Origin: Diplonema japonicum
Lineage: Eukaryota; Protista; Euglenozoa: Diplonemea
Direction: 5' to 3'
Assembly: GCA_964019335.1 (NCBI GenBank)
Contig: OZ025739.1
Span: forward strand, 248,001-312,000
DNA: 64,000 nt
The position numbers were made by a program, and so were the translations under genes. The notes beneath the pieces are model-generated. The model saw only the letters and a program-made list of their open reading frames with translations. It was not told where the DNA came from and ran no database searches. Positions within the stretch are counted from its first letter, which is position 1; every line of letters starts with the position of its first letter. Shown piece by piece: positions 33,678-46,161 of the stretch.

Positions 33678-35309
33678 ATGCCGTGGTCACCCGCCTTAGG
33701 GCCCGATGAGGATTCTCTTCCACCCACCCCCAAGTGGGGCGATGAAGGAGCAGTGTCACCTTTAAGTGCTGTATATGGAAGAGGTGCAGGGAGCATGGCG
33801 TGCGTGATTGCAAAAATGGCAGAAGATGGATTACGGAAGGTCAGTAAGGCAGGTGAGACCCCACAAAGGGTGGTTCCTATCAGCAGGCTTCCCTCAGTTG
33901 CCAGCAGCCACAAAGAGGCACCACAGTCCTTACCAGTCACGTTTTCCACTTGTGTCTCGGAGTCACCAGCTCCAGTAAAATCCCAGAACCCTGCACCCCC
34001 TAAGTCTCCTGCAGTAAACCCAATCAAAAAAATCGAGCTGGAAGCCGCGGAAAACTTCTACCTAGAGGAGCTCGACAAGGAACTTGGCGTGAAACACGGA
34101 CTGCCAACCATCATGACCACTACACAGCATCTCGAGACTCCCATCAGCGCCGACGATTTCATCAGAAAGATGATGACGGACCCCAACGCTGATATAGAAG
34201 GCTTATTGGAACAGGCCACAAAACCCATGAACAGGGAGGCAAGCAAATCCCGCGAGGTGCGAGAAGAGGTTCTGCAGTTAACAAATTCGAAGATTAGCGA
34301 GGATTCGCTTCTACAGGCGGCGGAGGTCAAGGAGGTGATGAGCGTGAACAGGGAGCTGGAAGGGAAGGGAGTAGAGAGCACTAGTTCGTTCCCCGTCACC
34401 ACTGTCCCCTCGGTAGGCGCGCGACGGGTTGGGGAGCCTACTAAAGCACAGCCGCTGCCGCATCCTCAGTCACATCATTCTCAACAGTCTCTCCGTTCGC
34501 AAGCATGTCACAGTAGCGTGCCGCGGGCTACGCCGAGCGTGTCATCACGCGCTGAGAGCCATGTGTCCCAAGCCCCGAGCCAAGTTTCGCAAGGGCCATG
34601 CAGAGTCTCACAGACGCCAAGCGAGGTGTCAGCGAGGCCTTCAACGCCACTGGCATCTGCACGGGCCACTGGTGCAGTCCCTGTATTCATGAACAACGTT
34701 GATGAAGAGTACGCCGTCCCTGACGAGCTGGTGCTTGAGGACCCTGTGAACGATTTCAACACCGAAACCTCCAGCAAAGTGGGCACAGCAGACGAGCTCA
34801 TTGCTACTTCCCGCAGTATAGACACACAGGTGGCAGGTATTAACGATGACGGGCCACCTACACAGAGACGCAAGTTCGACAGAACTTGGTACGCCACCCA
34901 GCTGCATGCCATCAGGTCTGACGAATTCACTGGCAGGACACGTCTGGAGGGCGCTGAGGCGCAGGAGCGTTCTGACATCGTTCGTGATTCATGCATGATG
35001 CTGACAGATGTGCTGTGCACCTCCATCGTCCCGCAGAAATGGACACGTGGCACTTCCGACTCTGTAGCCACTGTTTCTTGGACGCGAGACGACGCTGCGA
35101 AGCAGCCCCCCCGTGCTTTGGCCTTCTCCCCCACAAGGCTGAGCCACCCTATACTTGATACCCCTTTTACACCCACGTTCTCACCTGAGAACTACGCCCC
35201 GCGACAGCCCGGTTCACCAACCGCCGTGAAGTGGAGGCGTATCGAAGAAACCATCCCGGAGGGCGGCACCATGGTGAAGTGGGTGCGAGAGACCGTAACG
35301 ATCAACTGA
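33678..35309 (+). CDS. Hypothetical Ser/Pro-rich low-complexity protein
   Basis: Long ORF; start at the ATG following T-tract+CAG (33646-33666). Confidence 0.7.
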   Translation: MPWSPALGPDEDSLPPTPKWGDEGAVSPLSAVYGRGAGSMACVIAKMAEDGLRKVSKAGETPQRVVPISRLPSVASSHKEAPQSLPVTFSTCVSESPAPVKSQNPAPPKSPAVNPIKKIELEAAENFYLEELDKELGVKHGLPTIMTTTQHLETPISADDFIRKMMTDPNADIEGLLEQATKPMNREASKSREVREEVLQLTNSKISEDSLLQAAEVKEVMSVNRELEGKGVESTSSFPVTTVPSVGARRVGEPTKAQPLPHPQSHHSQQSLRSQACHSSVPRATPSVSSRAESHVSQAPSQVSQGPCRVSQTPSEVSARPSTPLASARATGAVPVFMNNVDEEYAVPDELVLEDPVNDFNTETSSKVGTADELIATSRSIDTQVAGINDDGPPTQRRKFDRTWYATQLHAIRSDEFTGRTRLEGAEAQERSDIVRDSCMMLTDVLCTSIVPQKWTRGTSDSVATVSWTRDDAAKQPPRALAFSPTRLSHPILDTPFTPTFSPENYAPRQPGSPTAVKWRRIEETIPEGGTMVKWVRETVTIN

Positions 35310-35456
35310 GGGGAGCGTCCCCTCCTCCTGTTTATAAACTTCGTTCTTTTTTTTTCTTCTTTTTTTTATATGTAATATGTATCCCGTCTATTGTACCACG
35401 CAAACCCCTCTGCCCCCTTTCAATTCCTGATGCGAAGAAGACACAACAGGTCTGAG

Positions 35457-36187
35457 ATGCCAGAGGAAGTAGACCCTTCGGAACTGCACAATGTTGACGG
35501 TCTAAAGTACATGGTGTGCGCGGGTGAGGATGGGAGGATGCTGAAGGTGGACCGAAACGCAGCGTTGAAAATGTGCAAGACATTGTGCGATTTGATGGGT
35601 ATGGCTGGCGAACCTTTTTCTTTCAACCACAACCTACAGAGGACACCGAGGAGGATACCACCATTGAAATGGCAGTACCCGTCCAGGGGGCGTTTGAAAC
35701 ATTGGAGAAGGTTTTTGAATACTGCGAATATCGTGTGGACAAGACCTCGGAGATACCTTATAGGAACAAGACCTTTGAGGAACCGGTGATGAGGCGGCCG
35801 GTGACAAAGAGACTGGAGTACCTATTCGACGATGAATGGGACAGGGAATTCATGTTAGGGGAGAACGGCCTCATCCCAGACGGTGATGTTTCCCGACACC
35901 AGCTTATGATCAAGGTCATGCTTGCGTGCAATTTCCTTCACTGCGAGTGGCTTAAAGACCTTTGTGTTTGCGCCACCTCGTCCTTCGTCATGGGTAGGTC
36001 GGTCGACTCTGTCCGTGCAGATGTCTTCAACCTCCCGCCCAGCACCGACTCTGAGCGTAAGGCCTATAAAGAATCGCACCACTGGATAGACGAGAGTTAT
36101 AACATTGACACGATTGTCAAGCGCGAGGAACGCCGCCTACAGCAACAGCAACAGAAGGAAGCCTTGTCGCCGAGCAAGCGGAAATAG
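35457..36187 (+). CDS. SKP1: SKP1-like protein, 2 exons
   Basis: Intron 35599-35639 gives CKTLCDLMEDTEED. LEKVFEYCEY, EWDREF, MLACNFLH...LKDLC, GRSVDSVR are SKP1 motifs. Confidence 0.85.
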
Positions 36188-36394
36188 TAACAAAATGAAA
36201 TTAACCCCTCCCCCCCTCCCAGCATTCGTTTTGTTTCATACCTAACCTCTATTAAAAAACAAAGAACCCCCCCCCCCCCCCCCCCCTGTGTTCTTTATTA
36301 AAAACACTTTTTTTTTGCTGAGAACAAAACACCCCTTTGCGATGAAATAAAAAAAGAATGGCAAAAACCAGGAGGGTGGGGTGTGCACACGGGC

Positions 36395-38320
36395 ATGGTG
36401 TTCGTGGATGGGGAGGAGCTCCCACGGGTACCGCGTCCCTTCCCTGCCGCGACGCCGCCGCTCAGCAGGCTGCGGCCGTATGAAAGTGTCAAAATGGTTT
36501 CGTGCAGAGAACGGAGGACACGAAGCAGGTCGGGGAGCATCGATGGGAGGCGGCCTTTTGTAGACAAAGAGTGGCTGGACGAGATGCGGAGGACGGCAGT
36601 GCACGCAGAGAGGGAGTGCAAAGAATGGCTGCAAGCTGCAGGGTTCAAGCCACCCTTCATGCGGACGCTGTACCCTATTGAGAACCAGCTGATCAACGGC
36701 AGTTTGCATTTAGAGATCATGGCACACGTAGAAGCACAGGCACGGGATGGAACCGTAGGACAGCATTTCAAAAAGCTCCTTGCAAACCCTCCAAACACTT
36801 TAAATGCCTGCCGGAAAATCTACAGCATGGCTTATGAAGTGTTGGTGACGACGCAGCCAGAGCTGACACGAGAAACCTTCGAGAGGCTTGTTGAGGAAGT
36901 GCTGTCCGGTGATGAAGGGCTCGCATGGTCGGTTGCTTGGAACATTGTGAAATGCTACCCGGAGGCAATACAGCAAGCCACTCGATCCAGCATCCGAACA
37001 GGTTCTATTTTCCAAGGGTACAGCAAGGCACACGACATGAAGGCACTTGAGGAGGCTGCCTTGCAATTCCTGCACTCCCTTGGCGTGTTACGGTCCTTTC
37101 CCATTTCCTTTCCCAAGTACATCAAGCCCACCGAAACCAAGCAGTGGCCCACCACCCCCTGCACGCACCCCCCCGCGTCCCTCGCCTCGCCTACTATCCT
37201 CCCTTACCTCTGCAATGGGACATTGCTTTGTGATGTTGCTGAACAAGTGCTCGGGGAGCGTCCGGTGGGTGTTTTTGCGTATCCCAAGGTGAAGAAAACC
37301 TGCATATTGAATATCCGAAAGGCTTTGGAAGCGTTCAGGGAAGTCCGCGGGATGGCAAAGGTGTACCTCGACAAGCCTGTCGAAGACGAAGTGTTCGCTG
37401 GCAGCCCTGCGGTTATCCTCCCACTGCTCGAGGACGTCATGCGATACGTGGACAGGTTCCCGCCTAGGAAGCACAGGGTAAAGCCGGGAGATTCGCCTTA
37501 CATTTACGTCAGAGACGGCGGGGGAAGAGAACGGGAAAGGGACAACAAAGAAAAAGAAAAAGACGCACCTGTACGCGTGAGGAGCATGACACCGCCCCCA
37601 CAGCAAAAGAAACAAGTCATGACCAACATGGTACACGTTCAGCAACAAGTAACAAGAGTGCGGGAGAGATCGAAAACACCACCTGTGGTAAGGGGGAGAA
37701 CATCGACACCGATGAACTCAAGCCAACTTAAAGGGAGAAATGAGTCAGTAACGAGGTCGGGATCAGCACCAAGGACAAACGGTGGCTTGAAAAACTTATC
37801 GGGATGGGTGGCGAGGGTGGTGGGCAGACAGGTAGACTTATCAGGAGAACCGCTTCACGGATTCAGAGACGGGGTCGTTCTGGCAGAGATGTTCAAGAAA
37901 CTGGAACATGAAACAAAACCCATAGCGGGTATTGTCAGGAACCCCAAGAAGGACGCCCAGCGCAGGCATAACATCAGGAAGGTAGTTAACGGTTTTAATG
38001 AAAGGAAGAATATCGTCGACCTGATGGGTGAGTCGGTGGACGATGTCTGTGACGCTGTCCTCGCAGGTGCTCCACGTGACATCCTCTCCCTCCTCTCGTC
38101 CATCCGCAGGGCTTACGGCGGTTCCTTCACCCGTACCCCAACCCACTCGTTCCAAGCCTCGAAGGACCATCTCCTCAACAACATCCTGTCCACCCCGAAC
38201 ACTTTCACCACTCCCAACCAGAACCCAAACACATCCTCCATAAGTATCCCCGTGGCCCGGTCGTCCTCCCACCCGCATCGCAGGATGCGCTTCACAGATG
38301 TGCATGCGGTGGGGCACTAG
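36395..38320 (+). CDS. Calponin-homology domain protein (two CH-like domains)
   Basis: LCNGTLLCDV...NIRKALE and FRDGVVLAEM...NIRKVV are CH signatures. Confidence 0.75.
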   Translation: MVFVDGEELPRVPRPFPAATPPLSRLRPYESVKMVSCRERRTRSRSGSIDGRRPFVDKEWLDEMRRTAVHAERECKEWLQAAGFKPPFMRTLYPIENQLINGSLHLEIMAHVEAQARDGTVGQHFKKLLANPPNTLNACRKIYSMAYEVLVTTQPELTRETFERLVEEVLSGDEGLAWSVAWNIVKCYPEAIQQATRSSIRTGSIFQGYSKAHDMKALEEAALQFLHSLGVLRSFPISFPKYIKPTETKQWPTTPCTHPPASLASPTILPYLCNGTLLCDVAEQVLGERPVGVFAYPKVKKTCILNIRKALEAFREVRGMAKVYLDKPVEDEVFAGSPAVILPLLEDVMRYVDRFPPRKHRVKPGDSPYIYVRDGGGRERERDNKEKEKDAPVRVRSMTPPPQQKKQVMTNMVHVQQQVTRVRERSKTPPVVRGRTSTPMNSSQLKGRNESVTRSGSAPRTNGGLKNLSGWVARVVGRQVDLSGEPLHGFRDGVVLAEMFKKLEHETKPIAGIVRNPKKDAQRRHNIRKVVNGFNERKNIVDLMGESVDDVCDAVLAGAPRDILSLLSSIRRAYGGSFTRTPTHSFQASKDHLLNNILSTPNTFTTPNQNPNTSSISIPVARSSSHPHRRMRFTDVHAVGH

Positions 38321-38449
38321 ATTTTTTCTTTTTGTCTTTTTCTTATATGGTTTCTTCAAACCCAATAGATTAGTTTAGAATGCAGTACATAAAAAAGATT
38401 TTTATCGCCCCCTCCATCCCGGTAAGCTATAAGCAACGTTAGGTACACA

Positions 38450-39235
38450 ATGACAACGAGGAACAGGGAGGCGCTGCACGAAGAGTATGTGAGGGCAGCT
38501 GCGGGGCACGCTGAGGAGGTAGCTGTGTTGGGAGAGAAGGTGGCGGCAGCGAGGGCAGAGATGCAAGCGGTGGAGGTCGCGATGTACGAAACCGAGAAAC
38601 AACTCCGGTTGCTGCGAACACGCATCGCAGACAAGGAACGACAAGTGACCGACGCAGCCACACAACTGTGCAAAGAGGGCAACTTGGGGCAGAAGAAGAT
38701 GGAAACGGTGAAATACGAGCAGAGACAGAACGAGGTAAACGAACTGTTAGTGGTGATACAAAACCAGGTGGCAGCGGGAGAGGGCGAAACACAACGGCTA
38801 CGTGAAGCCGTGAAAGAGGCAGGACGGGAGATGGAACAGAAGAAAAAAGCAGCAAAAGAGAACAGCAAAGAACTAACCGAGATGCGGGTCAAACACGCAG
38901 CAGCAGAGGAAAGCCTTGCTGCAAACCACGCCGACCTGGCAGACGTGCAAACAAAACAAACAATCATGCAAGCTAAAGCTACCTCAGCACGCGCCCAAGC
39001 TGACGCATGCCAGGTAGTCCTCACAGACCGTCTCTCTCACGAAGCCACCACCCGCCATGCTGCTCTATCAGCACAAAAACACCTATTCAATGCTGAAGCG
39101 CTAAGAGCCGAACATGTTAAAACTCTTTACCTCACCCACACCACGCCCACCTTGGTTCCGAGAATGCTCCCCATGCAAGTGGAGTGCGACAGCTACCCAT
39201 CTACTTGCACACCGCCACCGTTCAGCCCTGCTTAG
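38450..39235 (+). CDS. Coiled-coil hypothetical protein
   Basis: 261 aa, Ala/Glu/Lys heptad-rich. Confidence 0.7.
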   Translation: MTTRNREALHEEYVRAAAGHAEEVAVLGEKVAAARAEMQAVEVAMYETEKQLRLLRTRIADKERQVTDAATQLCKEGNLGQKKMETVKYEQRQNEVNELLVVIQNQVAAGEGETQRLREAVKEAGREMEQKKKAAKENSKELTEMRVKHAAAEESLAANHADLADVQTKQTIMQAKATSARAQADACQVVLTDRLSHEATTRHAALSAQKHLFNAEALRAEHVKTLYLTHTTPTLVPRMLPMQVECDSYPSTCTPPPFSPA

Positions 39236-39449
39236 ATAGGTGTCATTTTAAAATTCTTTTTTAAATTTGTGCTCCCCCCCCTTTCCCCTCATTTCTTTTT
39301 TGTACTAACTGTATCTTTTTATTTGTAGTTTTCTTTTAGTTTTAATTCCCCCGGGCCCTTCCGCTCTAGCTAACCCGTCTTATAGTACCCAAAATAAATA
39401 AAAGTGTTCTTTTTTTTTTTCTTTTTTTTTTCTGCAAGAAAAAAGAATA

Positions 39450-40800
39450 ATGAACGACTACAACCACGCGCAATGCTCTGAATGCGCACGCGGGACATGG
39501 ACCAAAGACACAGAGGAGATCGACCTGCGGCGCGAGGAACTGATAAAGCTGTACAAGAGCGCCTCTGTGGATGGTGACGATTCGTTGGGGTTTGAAGAGT
39601 TCAACGTGTTGATAAAGTCAGCCAAACTGCTTGCCGCGGAGAAGGACGAAGACACACGGCGGGAACTGTTCAAACGGGTGGCAAAATTCGGAGCAGAGAC
39701 CGACTCCGTCGATCTACAATCCTTCATAAACTGGGCTGAAGACGAAGGCGACGAAGATGCAGCAGAAATGAGAAGCCAAGCAGACCCATCTTTCTACGCC
39801 GGAATGGCACGAGCCTTGACGACAATGACCCGGCCACTAGCACAATCTCTCGGTGCTGTGATGAACTTGGCAGCTCACAAAACAGGGCTTCTCATCGCCA
39901 AATATGTAGCAAACCCCGTTCGCCTGTTCAAGAAAGCAGCGGTAGGCACGCTGGAAGTAGTCGGTCGGAAAAGAGGCTCCCTCACAATGGCTGCAGCTGT
40001 CAGGGCTGAGTTCTCCCAAGGCGGGGTGTACGCGCTGTTTCGTCTAGCTGCAGGGCCGTACTTGTTCAACTCCATCGTGTCTCTGACTATGTTCGAAACG
40101 TACACCAGATCTAAGGAAGCTCTTCAGCGAACTTATAACATACCGGGGTACACTAGCGAGACGCACTACAAAGATATTCTGAAAATCGAGGGAATCTCCG
40201 GAGCCTGCGCCGGGACCGTTCAAGCCGTTCTCAACACGCCTGTATACAACGTGAAACGTCTTTTTCCCGGAATGATCATCACTGACGGTATGGTTCAACT
40301 GTACATCAAGCAAGGGGTAAACGGTCTCTTCGCCGACATGCCGCTTATGGCAACGCAGGAAGTTTTGGGTCTTGTCGCATTCTTCGCTTCGTATGAGGTG
40401 TACAAACAGTTTTTATCGAAGAGGGTCGACGAGAAATATCAAATAGGGTCCTGGGTGGTGGCGGGGATGTGTGCTGGAATGACGCTTACGGCCATCTCGC
40501 ACCCTTTTGACAATTTGCATGAGTGGCACATTGTGCACAGGAAGCGCAACACGCCGAGGAATGCGTGTGTTCACTTCATGCAGAACGCGCGGAACAAGCG
40601 GAAGATCCTAACGCATGGCCTTGCCAAGAGGTTGCCCTTGGGAATACCCGCAGGTATTCCTTTGCTTGTGTATGAGGTATGTTAAAGGACGGGAAGGAGG
40701 GGAAACAAAAAAAAAAAAAAATAATAATAATAATAATAATTCTGCGCAGTTGATGGTCGGTCATGAATCTGTCAAATCACATGTCGAAAACCAAAACTGA
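39450..40800 (+). CDS. EF-hand-containing, divergent mitochondrial carrier-family protein, 2 exons
   Basis: EF-hand-like SVDGDDSLGFEEF; three carrier-like repeats (GGVYALF, GVNGLF, FFASYE, HPFDNL). Intron 40677-40749. Confidence 0.75.
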
Positions 40801-41363
40801 GATTTTTTCCTTTTTTTTCCCCCCTAGCTTACAGAGCCCCCAGAACGGGGACGACGGGGACTAAGCTCAGCTCGGCCGGTGAGCGCAAAAGATTTTTCGC
40901 TTTTTTTAAATTCTTTTTTTCCCTTCGCCTGTTGGTGAACACTGTGTCATAGGGCCTGTTAAAAGGGCAGGGTGGGGGGGGGGGGGGGGGGAATGATATC
41001 ATTATCTTAACTTTAGAAGAAAAGAAAAAAAACAATCTGTCAGTAAACGACTCCCTTTTTTTTAATTCCTCCCGGGCCCTTCTTCAACAGTACGGTATCG
41101 TTGGACCGTTTGATTGTATTACCCCCCCCCCCCCCCCCCTCCTTTTCCCCCACTTTTTTTTAAATACACCTAACGCCAGTCTTTTTTTTATTTTTTGCTC
41201 TCTGGGTGGGGTCTGTGTTGTCATCTTCTTCTGTCCTGCTGTATTCGTCAGTGCTGTCTAACTGTTGTTCTTTGAGCCCTTCGTACTACTGCTGCTGCTA
41301 CTACAGCCGCTGCTACTGCTTACATGCTTTTTGCGGGGGAAATAAAAAAAAACCGAAACACAG

Positions 41364-41406
<43 letters not shown>

Positions 41407-41409
<3 letters not shown>

Positions 41410-43279
41410 CGTACCCTTGCAGTCCTTGTTACAATTCTGTCAGCTGTGAGCACGCAGGTAGTTGACCACAGCAGGCACAAAATGGTGAGCCCGGGAGAGC
41501 GGTCTGGTGGAGCGGTGGTGAATTTGACAAAGAACGTTTTTGGTTTCGACGATCCAATAGTTTGGGAGCCGGAGGGCGGGCTGGTGAGCTACCACTATGA
41601 CGATATAGAATTCGAGATTACCTCGGACAAGACAAAAACAATGGAGGTGGTCCTTTTCGTGGCCAACCACTGGGAGGACAGGGTCTGGGTGTCCATCCGT
41701 TCATCCAACAACGAGAACGAAAAAACCGACCCCCACGTCCTAGCAGAGGGCTGCTGTTTCGATTTCACGGACGAGTGCAGGCAACAAACATCCTTCCAAT
41801 ACGCCCTCCCACCACTAATACAGAAACACTCCAAATTTCAAGAACGGATCGCTCTTCGTGTACAAAGATTCCCCTCCACCGCCTCATTGGTAGGGAAATG
41901 GACCATAAGAGTCACTAATAAACTCCCCGATAGGATCGATAATGTATGCGTTTTTTTTCTTTTTTTTTTTCCCGTTTTATATTCCCCCCTCCCAAAAGGC
42001 AAACGTGAAGCTCGTGGTCTTCCAAAAGACCTACGGTTCCTGGGAGATCATCGTGGTAGTTATGTTGGTGGCGTTTGCTACAGTCGCTGCTCTGGTGGTT
42101 CTATGGGATTATTTAAAGAACAAGATGGCGCAAACTAGGTAATAAAAAAAAAAATTACAAAAAAAAAAAAAAATTCTCCTCAGGATCATCCGCCCTGGAG
42201 AAGATACCCGTGGCAACGTTCCTGTCTCCCGCCGTATCGGTGAATTGTACACAAAAGTAAAAGAAACCATCATGAGCATCCGTGCCTCCCTCGCTGGAAG
42301 GTACAGTGAAATGAGGGACGAACAAGGAACAACGGAAAGCCAGGAAATGGAGGAAGACGGCGAAGACGATGATGAAAAAACATGCAGGATATGCCGGTGC
42401 ACACAGCCAGAGGGTGATCTCTTCTGCCCATGCGCGTGCAGAGGAAGCGTCAGGTGGGTCCACCGAGAATGCCTCGAAGAATGGCGCAGCAAAACAACGA
42501 ACGAGGAGAACAAAATAAAATGCAGCGAGTGCAAGGCACCCTTCACCATAGCAATCACACACACCAACAAAAGGTTCGACTTTGCAAGAGCGGCCCTTCG
42601 AACAGGCGGCGTAGCTGTACTCCAGCTGGCTCTCATCGAGACTATACTCATCACTGTAGGCTACCTCTACAAGATAACCATTGGGCTTCTCACAGCAGAG
42701 ATCGACAGGATCAACTGGAACATCAATCTGTACCACCACATGGTGGCGGGCACGGTTATAGTGGCGTACCAATTCCACGCCATGCTGTTGGGTGGGTTTC
42801 TATCAGGGCTCATCCCAGACAGGCTTTGGGGTGTGCGTGTTGTCATCCTGTACGTTTCCCTCCTCTTCGAGGTTATTGTGGGGTACTTCGGGCACTTCCT
42901 TCTCTGGACCATGAACTCTACTGTCTGGGAATGGCAGGTTCATTACTGTACGGGGTTCGCGCTGATCTTCTTGTACACACTTTTCATCCACGATTCCATT
43001 GTGCATGCGTATCAGAAGTGGAAGACGCGTTATGTTGTTGAGCGGGTGATAGAGCCTCCTGAGGCCCCTGCGGATGTTGAAGCTCCAGAGGTTCGTTCTT
43101 CACCTGCGACTACCCCCACCTCACCTGGTCCCGCACCTGCGTCGGGCCCCGCGCAGGCTCCTTTCCTCCCACCTCTCGCTCAGACCCCCTTTGCGGTGGG
43201 AGCTCCCCGTATTCCTGAACCGGAAACTGCAACAACAACAACATCAACAACAACACCACCCGAGGAAGGACAAAACTGA
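41407..43279 (+). CDS. Membrane RING-CH (MARCH-type) E3 ligase with signal peptide and luminal domain, 3 exons
   Basis: Introns 41944-41998 and 42139-42183 fuse three ORFs. CRIC...PCACRGSVRWVHRECLEEW...CSEC is a RINGv domain, with TM helices before and after. Confidence 0.85.
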
Positions 43280-44241
43280 GATTTTGAAAGGAGGGGGAGG
43301 GGGATTTTTTTTTTTGAAATAATAAAGTTGGCTCTCATTTTTTTTTTTTTTTTTTTTTTTTTTTCCCATCCAGCCCTACTCGTACAATGACCCTCTATTC
43401 TTTAATATCTAGCCTCGATTTTTTTTTTTTTTTTTTTAGTCGTCAATTAAAATGTCGTGGGGGGTGGGTGAGGTCTGATTGTGTTCATATAGAAAGAAGT
43501 ATGACTGCAGAGGAACAGAAGAGAGAGAAAAAAAAAAAAAAAGAAACCTTCAGCGAGCACAGTGAGAAGTTCTTTAGAGAAGAAGAAGAAGAAAAGATGA
43601 AGAAAAGATGAAGGAAGAAAAGAGACTCTGCGTATTACTCGTCACTCCCTTCTCTCTCGTCGTCCCCCCACCCACCCTTTTTCTTTCTTGTGGTCCTTTT
43701 AGCTTTCGGGTGAATGCAATCTTTAAGAAATACGCTGAAGACTTGCTTCTAAGAGGAAGGGGACAGTAGGCAGGCTAAAAAATATCTCCGAGATTTCTTT
43801 TCGACGTCCGGGAGGTTTTGCCAGGTCCGATGTTCCTTCAGCTTCACAGTATTTAATTTTATTTTGGATTCTTCCATTGTTTATTATTATTATTTTTTTT
43901 CTTTTTTGCGCCTCAAATCCATAAAGACCGTTGAGCCAAGTCCGAAGGGTTTCAAGAGAAAAAAAAAAGACAAGAGGACCCCTTTCGAGATTATCTTACA
44001 AAGAAAGATCGGGAAGCCATTTCCCCGCCGTTGTTTTGATTTATAGAAGGGAGTTTTTTTTTCTGCTGTACTTGGCGGCTCTTAGCGATTTTCGGGGAGC
44101 GTTTCTAGTATTTCTGTGTACCCCCCCTACCCCCTCATTTATTCCGTTATTTCATAGCTATTATTCTCTTTTTTTTAAACAAAACAAAAAATTCCAAAAT
44201 ATACGAAAAGGGGAAGAAGAAAAAGAAAAAGAAAAAAAAAA

Positions 44242-46070
44242 ATGAGCAGCGACGAGATTGCAAAATTCATGGGGTTGAAGGGAAGGCAAGGGACAGCAGC
44301 GAAAAAGCCCACGCTCACCAGCGGTGGGTTTGCAGATATGATGCTGCAGACGATGAAAACCACGGGCAAACAGAAAAAAAAACCCGACTCAATAGCAGCA
44401 AAAGAAACCGCCCACGCTAACCGAAAAGTCCTGTCAGGCACGGACACACAACGACAAGTAGTACTCGACAAAAGCGGGATCGCAGCCTTCCCCATCACCC
44501 ACAAAATCGAGCTGCGCTCCCACGACAAGACAGTCTCCGCACTCGATGTCGACAGAACAGGCTCCAGGCTCATCACAGGAAGCATGGACTACACCGTGAA
44601 AATCTGGCAATTCGCAGCCATGGACAGTAGTTTCAGACCCTACAAAACCAACGAACCCCATGAAGGGTACCCTGTCAACGATTTGTCATTTTCCCCCTCA
44701 GGCACGCGCTACGTCGCCTCCATCTCCCACAGAAGACCCCTCATATTCAACGGTGAAGGTAAAGAACTAGCAGAATTCGTGAATGGTGACGTATACCTCC
44801 ATCAGGAATCCAAAACCCGTGGACACACTGCAAAGACCTCAACAGTGAAATGGGCTGCCGATGACGAGCACTGCATCATATCCTCGTCTTGCGATGGGAC
44901 AGTCCGGTTATGGGACCCCGCAAAGGTCGACAAACGGCAGACCGACGTCTTCGTTCACGGCGAACGGCAGGCTGGAAAACAAAAAGCACAGGTCTTCCAC
45001 GCGGATTTAAACGGCACCATGAGGGCGGTTATCACCGCCGGGTCCGACGGGCGGGTCGTGATATGGGGTCGCAACAAGGGCTTCACACGCCCCGACATGG
45101 TGTTAAAAGCACATATTGGCCACGGTGCCACGTCTGCAGCAAGTACCGCCGACGGGCGGTACATCACAACACGCGGATTGGAAGGCAGCGTTAAATTGTT
45201 CGACACACGAAAACATGAAGCACCCTTAGCAACAAGAATGGACTTGGAGACATTTTATGATACAACGAATGTGATTTTCGGTGGAGCTGACAAGGTCGTT
45301 GTCACCGGAACAGGTGCCGACCCTCGATCTGACGTGAAGGGCAGGCTTGTGCTTCTCAATGCCGGTGACCTTTCCACTGTGGCGGACGTTCCTGTTGCAC
45401 ACGGGTCCATCTCCAAGGTCCTGTGGCCTTCCTCTCTCAACCAGATTTTCGTTGGTTCGCAAGATGGAGCTTGTCACGTTTACTACAACCCCACCACCTC
45501 CATGAAGGGTGTCCTTCTTGGCAGCGGGAAGCACCGGGTTCACGATGCTGCCGATAGTGTTCCCGTGGGGCATGTCATCAATCCCAACTCAGAGGAAGAA
45601 CTGGAGAAGATCATGGAAAAAATGAACCGAAAAGGATACAAAGGCGGTGTTCCCAGTGCCGGGAGAGACAGGCAGAACCCAAAAGGGAAAATGCAGCCTT
45701 CAAAAGACCCTTCCGGGAGCACCGGTCCACAGCAGGTCACCAAGAAAACCGCGTATGTTCGACAAAAAAGAAAGAGGGGAAAAGAAGGGGGAAAAAAAAA
45801 AAAAAATACAGGTTCCTTCAAGAATACTGCCCGGACCTTATCAGGAAGAACCACATGAGAAACGAGGACCCACGGGCAGCCCTGCTTGCCGTGTCGGAGG
45901 AGGCAGCTGCTAACCCTCAATACGTCGATACTGCTTATGTATGTCCTCTTCCCCCCTTTCAATAAAAAACCTCAAAATACCAGTCAAACCAACCGAAGCT
46001 GTTCGCAGATCCGGAGGAGGAGACCGAAAACGAGAAGAAAGGTCAGAAGAGACCGTTTGGTGATATCTAA
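44242..46070 (+). CDS. WDR70: WD40 repeat protein WDR70 homologue, 3 exons
   Basis: GSRLITGSMDYTVKIWQFAAMD, GDVYL...TRGH. Introns 45753-45811 and 45939-45983 restore the C-terminal EDPRAALL...AY...QPKLF motif. Confidence 0.88.
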
Positions 46071-46161
46071 AAAAAGAAGAAAATAAAAAAATCTACCCCC
46101 CCCCCTCCCCCCCAATTCCCCGTCAAACAGCCATCTCAGGGCGGGTGGGGGAAGGGACCTG

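Noticed and set aside
39341-39362. TTTAATTCC(C/T)CCGGGCCCTTC repeated near 41061
   Set aside because: About 22 nt, two copies, low complexity; chance not excluded.
40855-40890. tRNA-like 5' half GGGGACTAAGCTCAG...GAGCGC
   Set aside because: No anticodon arm, T-arm/B box or acceptor partner.
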